Origin: Naegleria gruberi
Lineage: Eukaryota
DNA length: 64,000 bases
Strand: one strand, 5' to 3'
Assembly (NCBI GenBank): GCA_000004985.1
Contig: GG738853.1
Below are positions 32,114 to 43,501 of the stretch, one piece after another; position 1 is the first letter of the stretch; every line of letters starts with the position of its first letter. The translations under genes were made by a program, and so were the position numbers. Under the pieces are notes generated by a model, which had not been told where the DNA came from, did not search any database, and saw only the letters and a list, made by a program, of their open reading frames with translations.

Positions 32114-34336
32114 ATGTGGATGGTGTTGATTTCGTGTATTGTGATGTTTGTGTCGATGCAACAACTTCAGTCATTCAACAGTGTTGCTGCCGCCTCCGAC
32201 AATTCTACATTTAGTTGCAGTGTAATTGTAAATAATCAAGCGAATCAGAGTTTATCGGATAGGAATTGTTTGAATGGGGGTAAATGTGTTTTAGAGAAGG
32301 GAATTTGTAATTGTACAAGTGGATTTACAGGATCAAATTGCTCTATTACCATTGTTGCACCTATTCCTCAGAGCACCATTAATGAAACAACAAAAAACGA
32401 GACTAATTCAACCTCACTTGATAATACCAAGGATATTATCTCTAATACTACAAATAATAGCACAAATCCAGATAATAATATTGTCACTCCTCCAACTTGG
32501 AAATGTGTTCAAGGCGTGAATTGTATATTTGGAAATTGTACTTCAGATGGAAAATTTTGTAATTGTAGTATTGAGGCATTTACAGTGAAAAATGAAACCC
32601 TTGTAGATCCATTGGATATGGTTTATTGTAATTATAAGAACTGTCCAAATAATTGCTCAATGAATGGTGTTTGTGATTATAGTACTGGACAGTGCATATG
32701 CTCTGAGCCTTATTTCAGTAATGATTGTTCTCTAAAGAATTGTACGGTATCATGCGTGAAAGGACAAGGAGATTGTGACTTTAATACTGGAAAATGCAAA
32801 TGTAAAGACCCTTATTTTGGAAAAGATTGTTCCTCAATTCAGTGTGCAGATCCATCATGCAATTCTGTAGGAAGATGTAACCATAAGAAGGGATTGTGTG
32901 AATGTGATGCTGACCATTTTGGAGATGCTTGTCAATTTTGGCTTTGTAAGAATAACTGTACACAACATGGATTTTGTAACACCACAACTTCACTGTGTTC
33001 ATGTGTTGGAGCCTGGACAGAAAGAGATTGTGGAGTCAATTCAAACGTTGTGGAGATGGGAAAGATCAAAGAAAGCTCAAGAATTATCGGTACTTTATTT
33101 GTATTCCTCGTCCCAATATCATTAGTTATTGGCTCATATTATGTGACATATTCCTACTTTGGAGGCTATTTCTTTTTGATAGTGGAGATTTTCCAATTCA
33201 TTGGTATAACCAGTTTGATTGGAAGTAATAGCCCAGCTCTCTATTTGAAATATTCCTCGTTTTTTGAGTGGTCAAACTTTTTATTTAGCACTGCTGAATC
33301 TGCTGTTGTTCAATCTGCTGCAGTAGAAATTGGTGATATTGTTGTTCGATCAGTAGAAGAGGAACGATTGCTCCTCTACAAATTAATTGGTATTTCATTT
33401 ATTGATAACTTGTAAGTTTACTCTCATTGAAATATTAATCATCTATTTAGTGTATTGATTACAACCTCAATCGCTATTGCCATTATGATTTCAGTTTCAC
33501 TAATCCTTATCAAAGTTATTAGAGAAAAGTATTCCGTTTACAATAACCAAGATATTGATGTAATGAAGGACAGAATATTCATTGTTTCTATTAGGTTATC
33601 CTTGCTTGTTTATTCTGGTATTAGTTTGAGTACATTTTATCAAATCAAAATGACCTTGCTTTCACAAGCTCCTATTGTGACACTTTTTACTGCTCTCTCA
33701 ATATTTGTGGCATTTGTTCTTGGTTTTCCCTTCTTGGCAAGTGTTGTACTCAAAGCCAACAGTGACAAGATTTGTCAAAATACTACACACAAAGACTCTC
33801 CATTTACTCCTCTCCACAATGAATTCAAACCAGCAACATATCAATTCTTATTAATAGTCCTCATTAAGAAATGCGCATTCTCATTTGTTATTGGATTTTT
33901 TGAGGGTATTGAGTTATTGATTGGTCTATTGTGTCTCCAAGTTACTTATTTATTTATTATTCTGATTCTTAGACCATATACCCAACCTGGAAGAAACACC
34001 ATTCAAATCATGGTTGAAGCTGTCAATTTATTCAACATTGTTGTATTGGTTCTATTCAATGCCTTTCCATTTAACTCATTTGCCTCAAATCTCCTTACCA
34101 TCATTACAATTTTCCTTCACTGCTGTATTATTATCCTTGCTGTTGTCATTTGCATCTTTGAAAAGAAGAGAAATACTGAAACAAATTCTTCTGGCTACAG
34201 AGCTGGTCTTTTAACAGAAGAAGAACTTGAAATTCAAGGAACTCACACCATTTTTGAAAGTGATTCTGAAGATGAAAGAGTCAATAATTTAGATTTACGA
34301 TCTGATTTTCATGAAATTGACCTAGATAATAAATAA
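32114..34336 (+). CDS. Signal peptide + about 7 tenascin/laminin-type EGF-like Cys repeats + multi-pass (about 9 TM) membrane domain, 2 exons: 32114..33411, 33451..34336, about 727 aa
   Basis: Repeats of the form CxCxxGFTGSNC / CSxNGVCDYSTGQCICSEPYFSNDC, with N-glycosylation sequons. Then hydrophobic helices across a 39-nt intron (TT|GTAAGT...tttag). The acidic C-terminal tail is ESDSEDERV. It may be related to the EGF + DUF3522 (TMEM8/PGAP6-like) architecture, but that is unverified. Confidence 0.65.
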
Positions 34337-34401
34337 ATCTAAACAACAACAATAATAAATAATTGGAAAGTTTAAAAATATTTTTTGTTGAATAATAAAA
34401 A

Positions 34402-34893
34402 ATGTTTGAAAGAACTAGAGTTTGTTTAGGAGGTTTGGTTTGGAAGCAAAAGCGATTCAATCAACTTCGTAAGAGAAGAGCCAGAGAATATCAAAATAGA
34501 GTTTTCAATGTTGAGGTAAGCATTTTGTGATTCCGAGGAGAGGAGTACTTACCCGAAATTTATCAAATTGATTGGAAATTAATTTTATATTTTGGATGAT
34601 AATTATTATTATTTGGAATGGAAAATATGAAATAACAACAATAATAATTGGAATCATTTCGACAATAATACCTGATGATGATGACGAATACTTACTTTTA
34701 TTTGAACAACAATAATTAGGACGAACTTAAACATCCATATGCTAGCTTTGCCCCACTCCAAAGAGATAACGGAACTTTGGCCAACTTTAACATCAACAAT
34801 ACTGCTCACCAAAACGAAGTTATCAATCGTATCAACAATGCTTTGAATTCCTCCATTAATAATTTCACTTCAATCTTCCCACGTAAACAATAA
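34402..34893 (+). CDS. Small 2-exon gene (about 95 aa) with a basic N-terminus, family unknown: 34402..34515, 34720..34893
   Basis: MFERTRVCLGGLVWKQKRFNQLRKRRAREYQNRVFNVE | DELKHPYASFAPLQRDNGTLANFNINN...FPRKQ*. Donor GAG|GTAAGC, acceptor aattag, and a 204-nt intron, which is long for this locus. It was not in the ORF track. Confidence 0.3.
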
Positions 34894-35208
34894 AACCCAA
34901 CAAACTAAGTTACACTAATAAAAATTGTGGATAATTTACTACTTTATAAACGAGGATACGGTGTACTGTGATAATAACAAAAACAATACTTTTATAATTT
35001 AAAATTTAATATTAAAAAAACAAAAAAGATTCGCTTTGGTTTTTTTAAAGCCAAAACATTCCGAGCACAAGAACAACAATATCGACACTGTACATAGAGT
35101 ATTATGATTGTATAAATTCTTCAACAGATCAGAGAGTGGATTAATTTGTTTTTTAAAAACCTGTACAACATCAACATCACTTTCTTCTACATATTGATAA
35201 TAATTATA

Positions 35209-36975
35209 ATGGATAAATTATTTAAATTAACAAATGATGAGTTGGATAGTATTAATCTAGTACAATATAAAAAGAAACTTTATCAATTCTTTAATGTCCA
35301 ACAAAATCCTCATGAAAAATCAGCAATTGCTCTCCATATTGAAAGTGTAATATTACCAACCACACAAAATGTATTAAATTATCCTCCTAAACATATTGGA
35401 GAAATTATAACAGAAACACAATTGATAGATCTGTGGAAGAGAAGATTATTATGTTATTTGTATTTGTTTTATGTGGATAACATTCATCCATTACTGTTTC
35501 AGATTGTTCATCATTTGAATTTCTCTATGAATTATTCTTCATCAATGAGTTTGCAACAGATAATTTGGAGTGGAGCCCAACATTTTCCTCCAGAAAGAAG
35601 AAATTGCATTCTTATTGAACTTAATTTACTATTGAGATTAGTTTCCCTTTCATTTAATATCTCCTCCTCTTCTGAATATATAGCTCTCCATGAAATTTCT
35701 GAATATGTTTCAGAAATTAATCTAAATAATCCTGATATACAATGGTTGAAAAAAGCGACTCTAAATTCACTTTTCTCAAGAGAAAATAGTGATGAAGTGT
35801 ATCTTTTCCAACAAATTCAATTCTTGGCAACATCAACCCTTTTAGCCAAAGTTAATGAATTGAGATTACAACATGATTTATTTTCTCTGAAAGGGACAAA
35901 AAATCATGGATTATTCCCAAAGTTGCTTAATGATAAGCAATTTCCATCTCCTAGCAAGCCAACCTATTTCAATTCACCTCCCTTATCTAATTCATTAGTT
36001 GGATTTGAAGAATCTTTAAATAATACTATCACCATATCTCCACTTTCAAAGTTCGAGGCGAAATTTTATCGACCAACCCCACCACTTTTAGAATTTAATC
36101 CTGATTACGAATTTTTATGGATTAATGATGTCAATACATATTCCACCACTAGTTTCACTAATGAAATGAAACAAAACACTGCAGAATTTAAATTAGATCC
36201 TAAATTAGATATTGATAATACTCATCTATTCTGTCTGTATGAGCTAAACTCTACTAATAAGGGAGGGTTTATGAGCTCAAATCACCAACGAAGTCAGCAA
36301 CAATCATCAGTAAGCTCTTCCGAAACCTCTAATTCCTCACAATCTAGTAATGATGGTTTAGTACTAATGAAGCGAGGAAAGACTACTCAAGAAAACGAAA
36401 TGAACGAGCTGTTTTCCAAGGCTTTCAAACAACAGCTTCAACCAGTGCAGATCAAGTACTTGCTGCAAAACTTTGATAAGCTTACCATGTTAACAGATTT
36501 ACTGACTCCAAATAGACTTACAGATTTGGTAAAAAACAATAGAGAAGTTGCAAGCAAATGTCTTCAAGTATTGATACATTCGAATAATAAGCGTTTGGAT
36601 GAATATCTTTCTGTTCTAGTATCTATTCCAGTATCTCTACAATTATTGGAAGCTGTAAATAATCTGCTAAATAAGACAGACAAAATTACTACAGGGATTT
36701 TCACCAAAAATTTAGAAGATTCCAACAGCTCTTCATATTTACACATTCTTCTAAGGAATTGTATCACACACTGTAATCAATCCATGCAAGATCCTCCATC
36801 TCAAACAAGAAAAGTAAGATTAATTTGTGTTTTCGTTCAAAGGCTTATAAGAGAAGAAATTCTAGTTGTAAACCATGACGATTTCATATTTATGGAACTT
36901 CAAAGTTTCTGTATCGAGTTTATGAAAATTAAGGAAGCAGCAGATCTCTTCCAATTACTGAAAGAAAAGATCTAA
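35209..36975 (+). CDS. CNOT11: CCR4-NOT complex subunit 11 (CNOT11/C2orf29)-like protein, about 589 aa
   Basis: The C-terminal domain (YLHILLRNCITHCNQ...RKVRLICVFVQRLIREEILVVNHDDFIFMELQSFCIEFMKIKEAADLFQLLKE) parallels the CNOT11 DUF2363 region (HLYISNCISTCE...RLVRLVCVFLQSLIRNKII...[23 protein letters not shown]). First in-frame ATG at 35209. The ORF-track start at 35146 is a TTG. Confidence 0.55.
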   Translation: MDKLFKLTNDELDSINLVQYKKKLYQFFNVQQNPHEKSAIALHIESVILPTTQNVLNYPPKHIGEIITETQLIDLWKRRLLCYLYLFYVDNIHPLLFQIVHHLNFSMNYSSSMSLQQIIWSGAQHFPPERRNCILIELNLLLRLVSLSFNISSSSEYIALHEISEYVSEINLNNPDIQWLKKATLNSLFSRENSDEVYLFQQIQFLATSTLLAKVNELRLQHDLFSLKGTKNHGLFPKLLNDKQFPSPSKPTYFNSPPLSNSLVGFEESLNNTITISPLSKFEAKFYRPTPPLLEFNPDYEFLWINDVNTYSTTSFTNEMKQNTAEFKLDPKLDIDNTHLFCLYELNSTNKGGFMSSNHQRSQQQSSVSSSETSNSSQSSNDGLVLMKRGKTTQENEMNELFSKAFKQQLQPVQIKYLLQNFDKLTMLTDLLTPNRLTDLVKNNREVASKCLQVLIHSNNKRLDEYLSVLVSIPVSLQLLEAVNNLLNKTDKITTGIFTKNLEDSNSSSYLHILLRNCITHCNQSMQDPPSQTRKVRLICVFVQRLIREEILVVNHDDFIFMELQSFCIEFMKIKEAADLFQLLKEKI

Positions 36976-36994
36976 TAAAAATTTTCAGAACAAC

Positions 36995-37966
36995 CTAATC
37001 ACTTTCATAATCACTTTCAAAATCGCTGTCAAATTCACCACCAAAGTCATCATCAAAATCAGCAAAAATGTTATCTCTTTTAAGTGCAGATGGATGGGTA
37101 GCATTTCTACGATATTCCACTTTTCCTGAACCTGAAAATGTAGCTCCAATTATTGGTTGACAAGATTTGGATTTCCATTCACCAAGAGGCTTTTCTGAAC
37201 AAAATGCCCTATTCACATAGACAACAAATCTACTTCCCTTAAAATCATACCAAACACTGATAACTCCTCCTCCCATAAGAGGTGCTTGGCAACCATACAT
37301 TATGGAATCCTTAATATTAGTTTCTATCCAGATTACAATTTAAATTATTTTAATAAATCTTACCTGAAACAAATCCAATGTGGAACCCCTTTAAATTTCC
37401 TGTAATTTCAAATTCAAAATAATACCTGTGTGTATCAGATCCATAACTGGTTTGTGATGGCTTAATGGTAAAATCCAAAATTCCACTAGCAACATTACGA
37501 TATGGTCTGACAATAGTGGACTGAACAGTTCCAGACAGTTTTTCTTCATCCTTGAATTTCATAATAGAAAATTGCATATCCAAAAGATTATCAAATAAGT
37601 GTTGAAGGTTATAAAATTTTGCTTCCTCTTTAAATTCATCAATATTTTCCTCATCTCTAACTTTCTCGTAAAACAAGCAACAATCCAAAAAATCCAAGCT
37701 TTGAAATTTCAGATAGAATTTTTCACTAATTAAACTTACATGTATTGAAAAAAGTGGCTTTTTCTCTTTGGTATTTTAATAGTGTTCGTTTTAGAGTTGG
37801 AAAGCAAATTTTCAAAATATTCATAACCTTCAAACCATTCTCTGTTTGCTTCAAAGGTTTTTCCATCATCAAATACTATTTTGACTTGTTCGGAATTAGA
37901 GGATAACAAGTCATCATTCTTTCTCTTCTTGGATGTAGAATCATTAGATAAGGCCTTTCTTTTCAT
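36995..37966 (-). CDS. BTB/POZ (T1, K-channel-tetramerisation type) domain protein with an acidic C-terminal tail, 3 exons: complement(37740..37966, 37364..37698, 36995..37323), about 296 aa
   Basis: Exon a (VKIVFDDGKTFEANREWF...HFFQY) joins exon b via a 41-nt intron (...ILDFLDCCLFYEKVRDEENIDEFKEEAKFYNL), completing a BTB/T1 fold. Exon c follows a 40-nt intron and ends DFDDDFGGEFDSDFESDYESD*. The three ORF-track pieces are in different frames and are reconciled by GTAAGT/GTAAGA donors. Confidence 0.65.
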
Positions 37967-38116
37967 TTTTTTAATTCATATTCTGTAGGAAATTAACAAG
38001 GCACTATTTTGCTGAAAAATTTAGTGCTGATTAATTTCGTGAGAATTTAAATTTTAATTTTGTTTTTATTATGCCATTCTTGGAAATGGTATTTAAATAA
38101 ATAATCTAAAAATGAT

Positions 38117-39922
38117 TTAGTTTGAGACTACGTCATCAATCTTCAAAAGCATTCTAACTAACTCGGTAGATAAAGCGATAGCACTCAATGTTGTCAGTGT
38201 TGGTTGGATAACATTTTCTTCAACCATATCTGAAATCAAACCCTTCTTAACATTGATACCGGCATTCTTTTCACCGTGCATATGTCTATTTTTGAGTTCA
38301 GTAACAATCTTAATTGGTGACAGACCTGCGTTTTCAGCAAGAGTGGTTGGAATGACTTCCAAACTTTCACCGTATTCACGAACACAATATTGAATAGCAC
38401 CTCTGAGAGTCTTTGAGTATTCAACAAGTCCTAGAGAAATTTCAGTTTCTGGAGCAGAACCACCAGCAATGATACTCTTCTTCTTAACCAAACTTCTAAC
38501 AACGCACAAAGCATCATGGAGGGATCTTTCAGCTTCATCGAGCATCAACTTGTTTGAAGATCTAACCAAACAAGTGACAGTCTTACCTTGAGATGGAATA
38601 CCAGTAATCTTGACAATTCTACCATCACCAGTGTTAACTTCTTCAACTAATCCAGCAGATCCGAGCTTTTCCTTCTTGAATGAATCAATAGAAGAAATTG
38701 GCTTACAGTTCAAAGTCTTTGAAATGAATTCAACATCCTTTCTATCAATATCTTGAATGACCATAATACCCATCTTGGCCAAAAAGTGCAATGACATATC
38801 AGTGGTGGCATCTCTCAAAATAGACTTTTGAATCAAGAGAACATTACATCCTTCCTTCTTGATTTGCTTACAGAGATTGAGCAAATAAGCTCTTTCTTCT
38901 CTCAAAATTCTATCAATTTGTGTATAGTCAGTAATGACAACATTGTTTTCCATATCAGTCTTTGGTGGTGACAATTGGAATTGAATCAAACCAATCTTGG
39001 CATCCTTGATAGAAGTTGGACCACCAGCAGACTTTCTAGTACCTTGATCCAAAACCAAACCTTCAATCAATTCAGTTTCTTCAAGAAGACCTCCCAACTT
39101 TTTAACAATCTTGATATCGTTCAAATCTACATTGGATGCATCCTTTGATTCAACAACACGGAGAACAGCATCAACAGCTAATGGAGCCAAAACATCGGCA
39201 TATTGGTAAACAACCTTTGAACTCAAGGAAGTCTTAGCAGACTTAATCATATTTTCACGATCAGTTAAATCCACTTTAGTAGACATATTATCGAGAATTT
39301 CTTCAGCTTTATCCACACACAATTTGAAAGCATCAGAAATTGTAGTTGGGTGAATACCTCTATCGAGCAAGTTTTGACAAGCAGCAAGCAAAGCTCCAGC
39401 CATAACGACAACGGTAGTAGTACCATCACCAGCTTCAATATCTTGTGATTTTGACAAGGAAACTAACATTTTAGCAGCTGGGTGAGTTGGCTTCATCTTA
39501 TCCAAAATTGTTGCACCATCGTTGGTAATAATGACTTCATCTTTAGGGAGGACAATCATCTTATCCATACCCTTTGGTCCTAAACTAGTTCTGACGGAAT
39601 CAGCCAAAGCTATAATAATGTTGATAATAATGCAAAGTTTTCGGATTTGGATGATGATAATGTTGTTGTTGTTGTTAGTGATGATGCAATTCAATGATGA
39701 TGAATAATATCAAATAGATAAGACAAGTTAATCCATCAAACAATCAATCCACAAAAATACAAATGTATAATTAGTTTCAAAGTTATGATTTTGATTCTTA
39801 CCCTTGGCGGCTTCAATATTTGAGTAACGGACATCCTTTCCTCTTTCCTTTTCATTGACATTGGTTTCACCTTTACCTCTTTGGAAGTTTTGTGTTGGAG
39901 TGGCACCTTGTGTTTGAGACAT
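38117..39922 (-). CDS. CCT4: T-complex protein 1 (CCT/TRiC) subunit delta, 2 exons: complement(39802..39922, 38117..39609), about 537 aa
   Basis: Near-collinear identity to CCT4: [92 protein letters not shown]. Exon 1 MSQTQGAT...[14 protein letters not shown] (compare CCT4 RDKDKPAQIRFSNISAAK) splices across a 192-nt intron (G|GTAAGA ... ttattatag). Confidence 0.85.
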
Positions 39923-40478
39923 TTTTTGTATGTTGATGTATAAAGGCTCCCAGGTGTTGTGATTTGTTAAATTTTTTTAATTTTATTAAATGAGGTACGG
40001 AAGCTTGGCGGAAGTTTGTTGTAATTTGAGAGGTTTTGTATGATGAGTGTATTCAACTCAAGTTGTCTTGTATCGATATTTGCATAGGAAACAATATGGT
40101 TTTGTAGTACAAACACATTCAATGTATTTTGGAATGAGGTTTATTAATTTTGTATGATGAAATAATTTTTTTCTTTACTTTCAGCATTCAAGAATATTCA
40201 TTATTTCAAAGTTTTCTACTACCTTTAAATCAATAATGCTCGTTTAGGAATGTTGGGTAGGATATCAAATTATGGTGTGTTAGCCAAAATACATTCAAAT
40301 TTTTCTTCCTCATGGTCAAGTTGTCAACCATATTAATAACTATTGATAATTTTATGATTATTTACCATTCAGAACTATGAATGTTAGGTCTTGGATGTGG
40401 ACAGTTAGTGAGATTGAAAATAAAGAGATTTCATTCGGTTTGTATTGTTCACATTTAAATTGAGATTTATTGGAAAAT

Positions 40479-41234
40479 TTAGTTTTGATTTTCAAGCCAA
40501 GTTTCCTTGATAATCTTAATAGTATCATTGAAAGTCTTAACAGAGTGACCAACAGTACGTTCGTGTGAGAAAATTTCATAATCATTTCCACCTGGTGAAG
40601 TCTTATCACCAAAGAAGTGAATTTCATCGAAACTATCTTGAACGTATTGTAAGCAGAAAGTCTTATCCCATCCTTCTGGGAAAACATCAAAACTGATTTG
40701 ACCACCAATACTATATTTGAGATTGTAATCCTTAAACTTTTCTTGTAATTGTTGAACAAGTTTGGCTCTGATTTGATGTTGATGATCATACTTTTCATAG
40801 TCATCTCTTTCTTCTTGAGAACAATTTCTTCCGATTGGAGAAACATTGAACATTCCCTTTCTGAATTCAATAAAAGTTCCTCTCTTAACAGGAATATCAA
40901 TATCAGCAAGAGCTCTGAGTGTATAGTTTACAAATTCCTTAATTCTATCCTCTCCGAGATAATCCTTGATAGAAGTAACTTTAATAAGTTTACCTGATCC
41001 ATAAGCAACAAGTCCATTCTCAGAAAATACATAATCAAAATCATTCAAAATATTTTCTCCCATTTGTTCATATTGTTTGGCCAAATCGGAACCACCAACA
41101 ATACCAACAGCAACTCCAGATTGTTTTAATTTCATCAAGGTATCGTACATTTCGGTGGTGACTTTGTTTCTAGGAACAGTCAAGGTTCCATCAACATCGA
41201 ACAAGGCTAAGACTCTCTTGGACATTTTTTTCAT
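40479..41234 (-). CDS. PMM: Phosphomannomutase (eukaryotic PMM, HAD superfamily), 251 aa
   Basis: [17 protein letters not shown] (DxDx(T/V) HAD motif I), the full-length collinear PMM fold, and [16 protein letters not shown] (motif IV). Single exon, ATG at 41234. Confidence 0.9.
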   Translation of the reverse strand: MKKMSKRVLALFDVDGTLTVPRNKVTTEMYDTLMKLKQSGVAVGIVGGSDLAKQYEQMGENILNDFDYVFSENGLVAYGSGKLIKVTSIKDYLGEDRIKEFVNYTLRALADIDIPVKRGTFIEFRKGMFNVSPIGRNCSQEERDDYEKYDHQHQIRAKLVQQLQEKFKDYNLKYSIGGQISFDVFPEGWDKTFCLQYVQDSFDEIHFFGDKTSPGGNDYEIFSHERTVGHSVKTFNDTIKIIKETWLENQN

Positions 41235-41607
41235 TTGATTTTTTAATTGTCGTGTTCATTCGATAAGTTTTTAAACAGAAGTGGTAATAGAACAAGAATA
41301 ATAGAAAGACTCTTGTTAGATAAATACTCTCTAAATTCAAGAACACGATTTTCATATTATTTCCACGTGTTTGATATGTCTGATTGGAAGATGATGAATA
41401 CGTTTTCATACGTTGTTTAATTGACAAGCTTGAAGATTCGTGAGAAAGATATCTTATTATTATTGGGAGAACACGTGTGATTCTTAATAAGAATGTTATC
41501 ATCATCGGAAAACAATTAACAATGTATTTACATTTAAAATACCACAAAGATGGTGATGTTTGCTAAGTTTATGTACAAGACCCTATCTATTATTATTTAA
41601 AATTAAT

Positions 41608-41937
41608 TTACTTCTTAGTCTCCAAAGCCTTGGCCAACATGGACTTGAGTTCTTCAACTTCATTCTTCAACTTGGAAATGTCATCGACATTCTTCTTGTT
41701 GTGAGTTTCAAGTTCTTGCTTGACTTGTTTCTTGACTTCTTCAGTCTTGATATCCATCTTCTTTCCTTGTTGATCAGCCCACTTCAACAACAATTCATAG
41801 TCGTGCTTAGCAGCGTACTTTTCTTCTTCAGAAGTTTCCTTTTCATCAACAGACTTTCCTCTGACGATTGGAGTAGCACAGAATCTACCTCTTTGGACAA
41901 TGACGGCAGCTCTTCTAGTAAGATTAATCAAGGACAT
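41608..41937 (-). CDS. Mitochondrial F1-ATPase inhibitor protein (IF1)-like small coiled-coil protein, 109 aa
   Basis: N-terminal presequence-like MSLINLTRRAAVIVQRGRF. Then RGKSVDEKETSEEEKYAAKHD (compare IF1 FGKREQAEEERYFR) and a C-terminal Lys/Glu coiled coil. Real ATG. Confidence 0.45.
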   Translation of the reverse strand: MSLINLTRRAAVIVQRGRFCATPIVRGKSVDEKETSEEEKYAAKHDYELLLKWADQQGKKMDIKTEEVKKQVKQELETHNKKNVDDISKLKNEVEELKSMLAKALETKK

Positions 41938-42292
41938 TTTTTTTAATTTTTATTGTTGTAAAAATTAAAATTATTTGTGATGGCATAAAACATTAGTTTC
42001 AATTTTGGTACCTAATTATAAATAGTAGTATTATTTGAGTGTAATATTAACAATTATAAATTTATTTAATTGAGAAATTGTTAACAACTTTATTCAATAA
42101 ATTTGTAAAAATTCAAGTTCCAAGTAAGTACTAATTTTTCTAAAATATTATTTTAGAAATTATTGTTGTAATCTTGTTATTATAATAACTGATCAAATTG
42201 AAAAAGACAAAACGTGAGAGAAGAACACATTATCGATTGCACTGGTCGATCAAATATCTCCTCTTTTCAAACACAAATAAAATTACAAAAAA

Positions 42293-43501
42293 ATGTCTCT
42301 AACTAAAACCTCTGTAAATTTACCTTCGGTGTTTGCTATTCGACCTGAGGTTCGCGTAAAGTTTTTTGATCGTAAATATGAACTTGCCCAAAGGTATGGA
42401 GAAGATAATGTGGTAGAAATTTCGGATACACCAAGGACAAGTTCTCAGCAGTCTGTTGTCTACAACAACAAAATGTTTATTTTTGGAGGAAGAAGTGATT
42501 CGGATGATGTATTTATGTATGATATGAACGAGAATGTGATGGAACGTTTATATGTGAAGGGAACACCTCCAAAAATCAGATTGTATCATAGCATGAATCT
42601 TGATATTAGTAGAGATTGTTTCTATCTTTTTGGAGGAGTTTCTACAAAAAATTCATCTTTATATTTTGCTGATTTATTCAAATTTGATCTGCTTAAATTA
42701 TCTTGGGAAGAGATTAGACAGGATTGTACTTCATTTAAAAAAGATTCATTGGCACTTACTCAGCCAAATCTATACACACCTGTTACTGTTCTTGATTCTA
42801 GATCTGGGCATGTTGGTGCCTATAGAGAGTGTTCAGATACTCTTATAGTATTTGGTGGTTTGAAGAATGGAAACAAAACTAATGATCTTCACGTTTTTGC
42901 TTTTAGTGAGAAAAAGTGGTACAAATATACTCCGATCAATAATGATGTTGTTACTCCGAGATCCTATTGCAATGGACAATATTGCAAGGGAAGTGATGAA
43001 TTAATTGTGTTTGGTGGTGACACACCTTCCTCTCTTACTGGTGACACATTTATTTTGAATTTAACTACTCACTTTTGGACAAAACTTATTATTAATAATC
43101 CTTCTGATACAATGCATACATTCCCACCAGTATTTGGTCATACATCAATAATGGTAGATTTTAAAGGACCACCTTTCTTTTTGATTGCATATGGAGGAAC
43201 TTCAAAGAGCTCACTAAATATTTGTTACTTATTGGATATCACCAACAGAAAATGGACATGCCTTAATAGAGACGATATCAACTTTCCAAAATTGAATTGT
43301 TGCTGTTTAGGATTTCATGGAAATTCAATGTTTCTCTATGGTGGAAGAGATGAAAGTGGACAAAAAACCAATACTTTGCACTCTGTTGGTTTACATGTGC
43401 CAAGTGTAATTTTACGAATTTTCCCAAGAATGGACATAATTATAGAGAATCAATTCAAACTTCTGAGTGATATTACTATCAAATATGAGAGTTTATATTA
43501 A
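42293..43501 (+). CDS. Kelch-repeat (galactose-oxidase beta-propeller) protein, 402 aa
   Basis: Five to six kelch-type repeats (MFIFGGRS..., FYLFGGV..., LIVFGGL..., LIVFGGD..., MFLYGGRDESG). Single exon, real ATG. Confidence 0.7.
   Translation: MSLTKTSVNLPSVFAIRPEVRVKFFDRKYELAQRYGEDNVVEISDTPRTSSQQSVVYNNKMFIFGGRSDSDDVFMYDMNENVMERLYVKGTPPKIRLYHSMNLDISRDCFYLFGGVSTKNSSLYFADLFKFDLLKLSWEEIRQDCTSFKKDSLALTQPNLYTPVTVLDSRSGHVGAYRECSDTLIVFGGLKNGNKTNDLHVFAFSEKKWYKYTPINNDVVTPRSYCNGQYCKGSDELIVFGGDTPSSLTGDTFILNLTTHFWTKLIINNPSDTMHTFPPVFGHTSIMVDFKGPPFFLIAYGGTSKSSLNICYLLDITNRKWTCLNRDDINFPKLNCCCLGFHGNSMFLYGGRDESGQKTNTLHSVGLHVPSVILRIFPRMDIIIENQFKLLSDITIKYESLY

Noticed and set aside
40358-40909. 183-aa ORF overlapping the phosphomannomutase gene in another frame
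   Set aside because: The alternative frame of a well-supported conserved CDS. No domain.
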